From Sulfurimonadaceae bacterium (lineage in GTDB: Bacteria; Campylobacterota; Campylobacteria; Campylobacterales; Sulfurimonadaceae), in assembly GCA_041562555.1 (NCBI GenBank), contig JBFEXS010000061.1, positions 1 to 13,522 of the forward strand: a DNA stretch of 13,522 bases, written 5' to 3'. Position 1 is the stretch's first letter, and each line of letters opens with the position of its first letter. Below are positions 1-6,462 of the stretch, one piece after another. Under the pieces are notes generated by a model. The model saw nothing but the letters and a program-made list of their open reading frames with translations. It made no database searches and was not told the DNA's origin. The position numbers were made by a program, and so were the translations under genes.

Positions 1-334
1 TACGATCTTCGTCTGAGATGTCAGAACGGAATGGCATTACTGCATCAGCGTCTTCCATTACATAGTTTAGACCATCTACATAGTTTCCACCAGCAAAGAA
101 TTCTTTGTTTTCAGGTGTATATGCCATATCCCAAGTAATACAACCCTCAGTTGGACAAGCTGTAGCACACGCTGGCTCATCATGGTGATCAACACACTCT
201 ACACATTTATCTGGGTAAACGTAGTAAAGTTCCTCACCTGTTGGATTATCGTCCTCGTCAACGATTGCTTCAACCGGACACTCGTCAATACAAGCGCCAC
301 AGTTAATACATGTGTCATTAATAATAACTGCCAT
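1..334 (-). CDS. fdxA: 2x[4Fe-4S] ferredoxin (FdxA/YfhL, Alvin-like), partial; its 3' end runs off the left edge
   Basis: Absent from the ORF track; translated by hand from ATG at 334: MAVIINDTCINCGACIDECPVEAIVDEDDNPTGEELYYVYPDKCVECVDHHDEPACATACPTEGCITWDMAY...PFRSDISDEDR (111 codons, no stop). Has CxxCxxCxxxCP and CxxC-x8-CxxxCP motifs and an AGGAGA SD at 341-346. Confidence 0.93.
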   Translation of the reverse strand, partial: MAVIINDTCINCGACIDECPVEAIVDEDDNPTGEELYYVYPDKCVECVDHHDEPACATACPTEGCITWDMAYTPENKEFFAGGNYVDGLNYVMEDADAVMPFRSDISDEDR

Positions 335-364
335 ATCATTTCTCCTAATTTAAATGTAAGTGCT

Positions 365-372
365 ACTATATC
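365..372 (-). promoter_or_regulatory. putative sigma70 -10 box for fdxA
   Basis: Minus strand reads gaTATAGT (gnTAnnnT pattern), about 30 nt upstream of the ATG in an AT-rich spacer. Confidence 0.45.
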
Positions 373-412
373 GAATTTTTTTATAAATGTTGCAAAAATA
401 TCTGCTTATTTT

Positions 413-1576
413 TTAGCCATTCAATCCTAAGTAACTTTTTATCTCATCTACTTTATCTGTTCTTTCCCAGGTAAAGAGATCAACGTCCCTTCCAAAATGC
501 CCGTATGCAGCGGTTCTTCTGTAAATCGGACGCAATAAGTTTAACTTATCTATGATACCTTTTGGGCTCAGATCAAAAAGTTCTTTTACACATTTCTCTA
601 TCTTTTTCTCTTCCACTTTTGCTGTTCCATGTGCATTCACCATGATCGAAACCGGTTGTACAACACCGATTGCATAAGAGATCTGAATTGTTGCACGTTC
701 ACACGCCCCGGAAGCAACCAGGTTCTTAGCTATATACCGGGCAGCATAGGCGGCAGAACGGTCAACCTTGGTTGGATCTTTCCCGGAAAAAGCGCCTCCT
801 CCATGAGGACAAGAACCGCCATAGGTATCGACAATGATCTTCCTCCCAGTTAAGCCTGCATCCCCCTGAGGTCCACCTACTACAAACTTGCCAGTTGGAT
901 TGATGTGATATTTGACATCATCTCCCAGCAAAGCCTTTGGAATAACCGCCTTTATAACCTCTTCAATCACATCTTCTTTCAGCTGTGCTTGAGAAACTTC
1001 CGGAGCATGTTGCGTAGAAACAACGACCGTATCTACGCCTATCGGCTTGCCGTCAACATATTTTACTGTTACCTGCGCCTTGCCGTCAGGACGAAGGTAT
1101 GAGATGATACCGTCCTTTCTCACTTTTGCAAGACGCATCGTCAGCTTATGTGCCAAATCGATAGGTAAAGGCATCAGATTCGTTGTCTCATTACATGCAT
1201 AACCAAACATTAGCCCCTGATCACCTGCACCGATCTCACCACTCTCCAGGTCAACCCCTTGATTGATATCAGGGGACTGTTCACCAAGCCCGTTCAGGAC
1301 TGCTGCCGCTCTATAATCAAACCCATAAGTGGCATCAGTGTAGCCGATCTCACGGATCACATTTCGTGCAATATCCTGTATCGGTGCATAGGCTGTAGTC
1401 TTCATCTCACCGGAAATCATACAAAAACCGTTTGACACCATTGTCTCACAGGCGACGCGTGCACTCAGGTCTCTTTCTATAATATAGTCTAAAATCGCAT
1501 CAGATATCTGATCTGCCATCTTATCCGGATGTCCCTCCGTTACAGACTCGGAAGTAAATAAATATTCTCTCGTCAT
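413..1576 (-). CDS. metK: S-adenosylmethionine synthetase
   Basis: 387 aa with [28 protein letters not shown] and YGHFGR signatures; AAGGA SD at about 1586-1590. Confidence 0.98.
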   Translation of the reverse strand: MTREYLFTSESVTEGHPDKMADQISDAILDYIIERDLSARVACETMVSNGFCMISGEMKTTAYAPIQDIARNVIREIGYTDATYGFDYRAAAVLNGLGEQSPDINQGVDLESGEIGAGDQGLMFGYACNETTNLMPLPIDLAHKLTMRLAKVRKDGIISYLRPDGKAQVTVKYVDGKPIGVDTVVVSTQHAPEVSQAQLKEDVIEEVIKAVIPKALLGDDVKYHINPTGKFVVGGPQGDAGLTGRKIIVDTYGGSCPHGGGAFSGKDPTKVDRSAAYAARYIAKNLVASGACERATIQISYAIGVVQPVSIMVNAHGTAKVEEKKIEKCVKELFDLSPKGIIDKLNLLRPIYRRTAAYGHFGRDVDLFTWERTDKVDEIKSYLGLNG

Positions 1577-1598
1577 CGATAAGTTTCCTTTTTATTTT

Positions 1599-1664
1599 TT
1601 AAACAAATGAGCGATAGCCCATATTTGTTAGGTTAGCATCGGTATGACTTAACGTCAAATCCAT
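1599..1664 (-). CDS. candidate 21-aa upstream ORF in the metK leader (MDLTLSHTDANLTNMGYRSFV*)
   Basis: Open frame from ATG (1664) to TAA (1599), ending 22 nt before the metK ATG. Only a weak SD (AGAG), so translation is unproven. Confidence 0.2.
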   Translation of the reverse strand: MDLTLSHTDANLTNMGYRSFV

Positions 1665-1699
1665 ATGTCGACACTCTATAATGATCTAAATCATTCGGC

Positions 1700-1707
1700 A
1701 TTATAGC
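1700..1707 (-). promoter_or_regulatory. putative sigma70 -10 box for metK
   Basis: Minus strand reads gcTATAAT (perfect hexamer at 1705-1700), implying a TSS near 1693. Confidence 0.6.
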
Positions 1708-1801
1708 GCAATGCTTTTGCCTTGACATTTTTCACTACTATATTAATAAAATCTAAATTTTCTTACTTATATATGTGGCTCATCATAGCTTTAGAATTTT
1801 G

Positions 1802-1810
1802 TGCTAAAAT
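1802..1810 (+). promoter_or_regulatory. extended -10 promoter for ahpC
   Basis: TGcTAAAAT, 31 nt upstream of the ATG at 1842; SD AAGGA at 1829-1833. Confidence 0.7.
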
Positions 1811-1841
1811 CCCGGCACAAATATTTATAAGGAAATGCCCA

Positions 1842-2438
1842 ATGTTAGTAACAAAAAAAGCTCCAGACTTTACAGCAACAACAGTTCTTGGTAACAATGA
1901 AATCGTTGACAACTTCAACCTATATGAAAACTTTGGTGAAAACGGTACAGTTTTATACTTCTACCCACTAGACTTTACTTTCGTATGTCCTTCTGAGATC
2001 ATTGCTTTTGATCACAGACTTCAAGAGTTCAAAGATCGTGGTATCAATGTAATCGGTGTTTCTGTTGATTCACAATTCTCTCACTTTGCTTGGAAAAACA
2101 CTCCAGTAAACGAAGGTGGTATCGGTCAAATCAAATATCCACTAGTAGCTGACCTTACAAAAGAGATTTCTAAAGCGTACGATGTACTTTTAGATGGTGG
2201 TGTTGCACTACGTGGTTCATTCCTAATCGACAAAGATGGTACTATCCGTCACGCAGTAATCAATGACCTTCCACTTGGACGTAACATCGATGAGATGATC
2301 CGTATGGTTGACGCTATGCTTTTCACTAACGAGCATGGTGAAGTATGTGCTGCAGGTTGGAACAAAGGTGACGAAGGTATGAAACCGACAGCTGATGGTG
2401 TTGCAGACTACCTTGCAAAACACGAAGGTGAACTATAG
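1842..2438 (+). CDS. ahpC: typical 2-Cys peroxiredoxin / alkyl hydroperoxide reductase C (198 aa)
   Basis: PLDFTFVCPSE peroxidatic motif, GGIG, ALRGSF, GRNIDE and resolving Cys GEVC. Start corrected from the track's TTG 1722 to ATG 1842 (MLVTKKAPDF) on SD and promoter position. Confidence 0.97.
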   Translation: MLVTKKAPDFTATTVLGNNEIVDNFNLYENFGENGTVLYFYPLDFTFVCPSEIIAFDHRLQEFKDRGINVIGVSVDSQFSHFAWKNTPVNEGGIGQIKYPLVADLTKEISKAYDVLLDGGVALRGSFLIDKDGTIRHAVINDLPLGRNIDEMIRMVDAMLFTNEHGEVCAAGWNKGDEGMKPTADGVADYLAKHEGEL

Positions 2439-2456
2439 GCCTTAGCTTATCTCACC

Positions 2457-2498
2457 TGTACAAAGGGCTTAGCCCCTTTGCACATCTTTCTCTTTTTT
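2457..2498 (+). terminator. intrinsic terminator of ahpC, possibly also used by the convergent gene
   Basis: Stem TGTACAAAGGG-cttagc-CCCTTTGCACA (one mismatch on +, a G-U pair on -) followed by TCTTTCTCTTTTTT, starting 18 nt after the ahpC stop. Confidence 0.7.
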
Positions 2499-3029
2499 AG
2501 TCTTCAATGCAAATCTTTTTAATATCTCAACATCAAGATGTTCACCCTCATCTTTTGCATACATCAATTCTTTTATTACACCCTCTTCATCAATAAGAAA
2601 CTCAGCCGGCATTCGCATGATATTTCCATCAATACCCCATAAAGGGCTCTTTCCCTTAGCTAAGCCCTTAAAGATGTCCATAGGTCGTGTAAGTATTCCC
2701 TTGAGCATACCAAAGAATGATTTTTCCACCCCGTATAATCTATAATACTTTCCGCTGCTGTCGGAGATGATTGAGAATTTAGGTACGTAATGCGAAAGAT
2801 GTTGATTCAAATGTTCATTGGAAGACTCGAAGATAGCAATGATCTTTAGACCTATCTCCTCATACTCTTGATTTAGTCTATAAATACGAAGATTACAAAA
2901 AGGACAGGTAGAGAAACGAAAAAAAGAGACCAATACCTTTTGACCACGCAGACCATTCAAGTCCACGACATTACCTAAGAAATCTTTCGTCCTGATATTT
3001 GGGGCATATGTATTTACCTCTAGCTTCAT
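2469..3029 (-). CDS. peroxiredoxin-like / AhpC-TSA family thioredoxin-fold protein (PRX-like2 type, CPFC)
   Basis: 186 aa with AP...D..G..V.L N-terminus, VSFFRFSTCPFCNL CxxC motif, IISD...Y..YGV and MPAEFLIDEEGVI; SD AAGGAG at 3035-3040. Confidence 0.88.
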   Translation of the reverse strand: MKLEVNTYAPNIRTKDFLGNVVDLNGLRGQKVLVSFFRFSTCPFCNLRIYRLNQEYEEIGLKIIAIFESSNEHLNQHLSHYVPKFSIISDSSGKYYRLYGVEKSFFGMLKGILTRPMDIFKGLAKGKSPLWGIDGNIMRMPAEFLIDEEGVIKELMYAKDEGEHLDVEILKRFALKTKKEKDVQRG

Positions 3030-3041
3030 CGGAACTCCTTA

Positions 3042-3057
3042 CAAACTATTTGGTTTG
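3042..3057. promoter_or_regulatory. palindromic operator copy 1 (CAAACTATTTGGTTTG)
   Basis: CAAAC-N6-GTTTG inverted repeat, identical to 3076-3091; lies between the predicted TSS and the SD of the peroxiredoxin-like gene. Confidence 0.8.
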
Positions 3058-3066
3058 CAAAAAAAG

Positions 3067-3075
3067 ACTATAGCA
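3067..3075 (-). promoter_or_regulatory. extended -10 promoter of the peroxiredoxin-like gene
   Basis: Minus strand reads TGcTATAGT, sandwiched between two operator copies. Confidence 0.72.
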
Positions 3076-3091
3076 CAAACTATTTGGTTTG
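3076..3091. promoter_or_regulatory. palindromic operator copy 2 (CAAACTATTTGGTTTG)
   Basis: Exact repeat of 3042-3057 at a 34-bp period; directly abuts the TGn-10 element. Confidence 0.8.
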
Positions 3092-3098
3092 TAAATAC

Positions 3099-3692
3099 CT
3101 ACAAACCTTTGATATAGGCAATGAGTTCTTGAGAAGCACGGTTATAATATGAGATATCCTGAAAGACCTTAGCTGAGGAGATAGCTCCCTCAATGGCAGA
3201 AATGATGAACAGTGCCACGTCTTCTGCATTGAAATTACTGCGGCATTCATCTGAATCCTTCGCATTTTCCAAGGCTTTTTGCAAGACGGCATGCCATTTG
3301 GTGTAGACCTTTTGCAAGGCTTCGGAAAAAGCCTCGTCAATTACACTGAGCTCTTGAATCATGTTATTTAAAGGACATCCATACTTCACATCAAAAGGCG
3401 TATCCTTACTCTCACTCAAATGGGAAAAATTACGAATACATGTGACGATATTTTTGATATAGTTATCTTCTACTTCAAGCGGCTTTTCCCAAAGTTCAAA
3501 GATCGCCTCACCTAACACTTCTTCTATAGCGGCGATGGTCAATTCCTGTTTCGAAGAGAAATGGTGATAGAGACCACCTTTGGAGATGCCGGCATTTTTA
3601 AGGATTTCATTGAGATTGGAAGCATGATATCCCTTGGTATATATCGCTTCAAACATGGCATGGATGAGTTTTTTTCGTAAGTCGTTTTTCAT
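3099..3692 (-). CDS. TetR/AcrR family regulator, NemR/LmrA(YxaF)-like (197 aa)
   Basis: HTH region KGYHASNLNEILKNAGISKGGLYHHFSSKQEL; C-terminal GCPLNN and IEGAISSAK features. Start moved from the track's 3710 to ATG 3692 (MKNDLRKKLI). Confidence 0.92.
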   Translation of the reverse strand: MKNDLRKKLIHAMFEAIYTKGYHASNLNEILKNAGISKGGLYHHFSSKQELTIAAIEEVLGEAIFELWEKPLEVEDNYIKNIVTCIRNFSHLSESKDTPFDVKYGCPLNNMIQELSVIDEAFSEALQKVYTKWHAVLQKALENAKDSDECRSNFNAEDVALFIISAIEGAISSAKVFQDISYYNRASQELIAYIKGL

Positions 3693-3698
3693 GATAGA

Positions 3699-3707
3699 AG
3701 TATAACA
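3699..3707 (-). promoter_or_regulatory. extended -10 promoter of tetR (leaderless geometry)
   Basis: Minus strand reads TGtTATACT-tctatc-ATG; no SD before the ATG. Confidence 0.72.
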
Positions 3708-3723
3708 CAAACTGATTGGTTTG
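3708..3723. promoter_or_regulatory. palindromic operator copy 3 (CAAACTGATTGGTTTG), autoregulatory site
   Basis: 14/16 identical to copies 1 and 2; abuts the tetR TGn-10 element exactly as copy 2 abuts its own. Confidence 0.78.
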
Positions 3724-3782
3724 AAGTTCGTGTTTCAGAAGTACATCGACGTGTACATTCAACACCTCACCTAGAGATGGCC

Positions 3783-5600
3783 TCAACGTTCAGCTTGGAT
3801 CTTTTTAACCAATTGTTCAGGTAACAATCCTAATGACTCTTCCACAAGTTTGGTATTCCCATGGGTGATAAAAGCATCTTCATACTCGAAAGAGGTGATA
3901 GAGACACCCTTGATATCCTCTGCAGCGAGGACTTCTAAAATTGCAGAAGCAACACCACCCATCTTCGCTGTGTCCGAAAAGACATACCACTGCGTATACT
4001 TCTTCGCACACTCATTTAACATATTGATATCCAGCGGTTTGACAAAACGAAGGTCCAGTATCGCTACGTCTTCATCCATCAATGCAGCCGTCTGCTTCGC
4101 ACGCCCTACTCCATTGCCATAACCGATAAAAAGGATATCATTTGACGATTCCTGTAAAAGCACCGACTTTCCTAACGCATAGGCAGGAACCTCTTCTTCA
4201 CTCTCATCTAAAAAAGAACCCCGTGGATAGCGCAGGGAACATGGTCTGTCATAGTGATATGCGAACTCCATCGCCGCATGCATGTCTTTCTCATTACTCG
4301 GAGCAAAAAGTGTCATATTCGGGATCGCTCTGAGATAGGAAATATCAAACACACCTTGGTGGGTCTCTCCATCTTCGCCGACGATTCCCGCTCGATCCAA
4401 GGCAAAGACAACCGGAAGATCCATCAGACAGACATCATGAATCACCTGATCATATCCGCGCTGTAAAAAGGTCGAATAGATCGTACAGAAAGGCTTGAAC
4501 CCTTCTTTTGCCAATGGCCCCATGGATGTAACAGCGTGCTGTTCTGCGATCCCGACATCCCAAAACCGATCCGGAAACTCGTCTAGAAGTTCACGAAGGC
4601 CTGTTCCACTCGGCATCGCTGCCGTCACACCGACGACTTTTTCATCCTTGCGTGCAAGCTCCAGTAGTTTTTCTGTGTAGATCTTCGTCGCTGCTTTGCC
4701 GGCAGATTTTTTACTTGCCTTGCCATCGGAGATATCAAACGGGGATACCCCGTGCCAGTGTTCATGATGGCCTTCTGCCAGTTGATACCCCTTGCCCTTT
4801 AAAGTCTGTGCATGGACAATGACCGGTTTTCCCAGGTTCTTAGCTATAGTCAGTGTCTCTATCAAAGACTCCAGATCATGTCCATTAACCGGTCCGATAT
4901 ACTCGACTCCCATCTCTTCAAAGATAAGCCCTGGTGTGATCAGTTTGAAACTCTCCTCAAAGCGCTTGGCCATATAGGTCGCGCCTTCAGGGAAGTGTTC
5001 CAATATCTTTTCCGTCTTCGCTTTGAGCTTTTGATAGAATGGACCGGCCATCGCCTGAGAAAGGTGCTTGGAGATCGCTCCAATCGGTTTTGCAATACTC
5101 ATCTCGTTGTCATTCAAGATGATCACCATTGGGTATTTACGCTCACCCAATTCATTAAGGGCCTCATATACCATACCGGCCGACATAGACCCATCACCGA
5201 TCATCATCACAGGCACCCTGTCTTCGCCCTTTAAGGAAATCGCTTTTGCCGCTCCGACCCCTAGGGAGATAGATGTAGATGAATGTCCTGCGACATAATA
5301 ATCCGCTTCATTTTCCGTTGGCTTGGTATATCCGCAAATACCATTGAACTGGCGCAGACTTCCAAAGGCATCCCATCGTCCGGTTATCAGTTTATGGGCA
5401 TAAGCCTGATGCGATACATCAAAAATAAACGGGTCTTTTTCAACATCAAATACCGCATGCATCGCAACGATCAGTTCGGTAGCGCCCAAGGTCGAACTCA
5501 AGTGTCCGCCATTCTTACTTACGACCTCTAAAATACGTTCACGGATATCTTGACAGAGCCTACTTCGCTCGTCTACACTCATCTCATTAATTTTTTTCAT
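3783..5600 (-). CDS. dxs: 1-deoxy-D-xylulose-5-phosphate synthase
   Basis: 605 aa with GGHLSSTLG, DVSHQAY, GHSSTS, the GDG...LNDN TPP motif, IAEQHA and DRAG...DGETHQG. Confidence 0.98.
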   Translation of the reverse strand: MKKINEMSVDERSRLCQDIRERILEVVSKNGGHLSSTLGATELIVAMHAVFDVEKDPFIFDVSHQAYAHKLITGRWDAFGSLRQFNGICGYTKPTENEADYYVAGHSSTSISLGVGAAKAISLKGEDRVPVMMIGDGSMSAGMVYEALNELGERKYPMVIILNDNEMSIAKPIGAISKHLSQAMAGPFYQKLKAKTEKILEHFPEGATYMAKRFEESFKLITPGLIFEEMGVEYIGPVNGHDLESLIETLTIAKNLGKPVIVHAQTLKGKGYQLAEGHHEHWHGVSPFDISDGKASKKSAGKAATKIYTEKLLELARKDEKVVGVTAAMPSGTGLRELLDEFPDRFWDVGIAEQHAVTSMGPLAKEGFKPFCTIYSTFLQRGYDQVIHDVCLMDLPVVFALDRAGIVGEDGETHQGVFDISYLRAIPNMTLFAPSNEKDMHAAMEFAYHYDRPCSLRYPRGSFLDESEEEVPAYALGKSVLLQESSNDILFIGYGNGVGRAKQTAALMDEDVAILDLRFVKPLDINMLNECAKKYTQWYVFSDTAKMGGVASAILEVLAAEDIKGVSITSFEYEDAFITHGNTKLVEESLGLLPEQLVKKIQAER

Positions 5601-5625
5601 AAAATTGTTTATATCTTTCTATTGT

Positions 5626-6459
5626 TTACTTGTTTAAAGCCGCATTTTTCACACGTTCATACCGCTTCATGATATCACCGTCAATATTGCCGGCATCACT
5701 CAGGATCACTACTCCACCCATACTGACCGCATTATCTGAAATAATACGAACATTCTCCAGGGTGCCTAGGCTTTGTTCGATCGCGACTTTGTCCTGTGGA
5801 TTCACCTTGATCGTCACCGCCGCCGATGTCTGTATCTGAGCGATCAGATCATTTGCCAAAGTTGTAGCGATCACATTGCCGTGCTCCGAGGTCTCTACAA
5901 GAATCACCTCTTTTGCAATATCCAGAGCAGCATGGATCAATTCCTCTTTAATCCCTTCGATAGAGTTTGCGAACTCTTTAGTACTTTGATCCAGGGTCTG
6001 AACCGAAGCCGAAAACTGTTGCATCAGGTTTGTATGCTCAGCTTGCACCATCTGCTCAGCCTCTTTCATCCCTGCTTCTTTCCCCTCTTCAAAGGCTTCA
6101 GCTTTTGCCGCTTCCAAGGCTGCCTTATACTCCTCTTCTTTTGACTCCAATTTCATCTGCATCTTGATAAAATTCGATGACATCTCATCCGTCTTTTTCA
6201 GTAGGGATTCGATCAACTCATCCTTTGAGGATTTGGAAAGGACACTCTCTTCAGTCTCAACTGTTTGGGCTTGCCCTTCAGAAACGTTCGATATAGGAGT
6301 CGATCCCTCTTCACTCTTTTGGGAGAAGCCTGAAACAAAACCGTTGTTATCGTTCTCACTTGAAGATCCTACCGTAGGAGTAGACGATGAGAGCACCTTG
6401 AAATTGTACTTATTGATGATATGTGCACTACGATTATTATCTTGAATTACCGTTTCCAT
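5626..6459 (-). CDS. fliH: flagellar assembly protein FliH
   Basis: 277 aa following fliG; coiled coil with AxxxGxxxGxxxA (AFEEGKEAGMKEA) and C-terminal IKVNPQD...GGVVILSDAGNIDG. Confidence 0.93.
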   Translation of the reverse strand: METVIQDNNRSAHIINKYNFKVLSSSTPTVGSSSENDNNGFVSGFSQKSEEGSTPISNVSEGQAQTVETEESVLSKSSKDELIESLLKKTDEMSSNFIKMQMKLESKEEEYKAALEAAKAEAFEEGKEAGMKEAEQMVQAEHTNLMQQFSASVQTLDQSTKEFANSIEGIKEELIHAALDIAKEVILVETSEHGNVIATTLANDLIAQIQTSAAVTIKVNPQDKVAIEQSLGTLENVRIISDNAVSMGGVVILSDAGNIDGDIMKRYERVKNAALNK

Positions 6460-6462
6460 TTT

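Noticed and set aside
1644..1673. Met-box-like words (tgacttaacgtca, tgtcgaca)
   Set aside because: At most 5/8 match to AGACGTCT, not in tandem register, and MetJ is not expected in this lineage.
1600..1690. Calling the metK leader a SAM-I, SAM-I/IV or SAM-II riboswitch
   Set aside because: Only fragments resemble them (AUUAUAGAG, GAUGCUAAC, UGAUUUA). The GCAACC/GGUGC core and the pseudoknot partners are missing, so it is kept only as an unclassified candidate.
1722..1752. TTGACA-19 nt-TAAAAT as a second ahpC promoter
   Set aside because: The spacer is too long, the region is very AT-rich, and these bacteria rarely rely on a -35 box. It cannot be supported without TSS data.
1722..1841. 40-aa N-terminal extension of AhpC from TTG 1722
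   Set aside because: It spans the promoter region and has no SD; the SD and family N-terminus point to ATG 1842.
2642..2669. AAGGGCT...AGCCCTT inverted repeat resembling the nearby terminator
   Set aside because: It lies inside coding sequence with a long loop and no U-tract; likely coincidental.
3102..3117. Possible fourth operator (caaacc...) at the tetR stop
   Set aside because: Half-site only; the GTTTG arm is absent.
3741..3756. gtaca-tcgacg-tgtac palindrome after dxs as a terminator
   Set aside because: Weak 5-6 bp stem with no U-tract.
2451..3772. 7-bp direct repeat ctcacct (2451-2457 and 3766-3772) as a target-site duplication around the cassette
   Set aside because: Short enough to occur by chance. 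There is no transposase or terminal inverted repeat, and it would place ahpC's terminator inside the insert.
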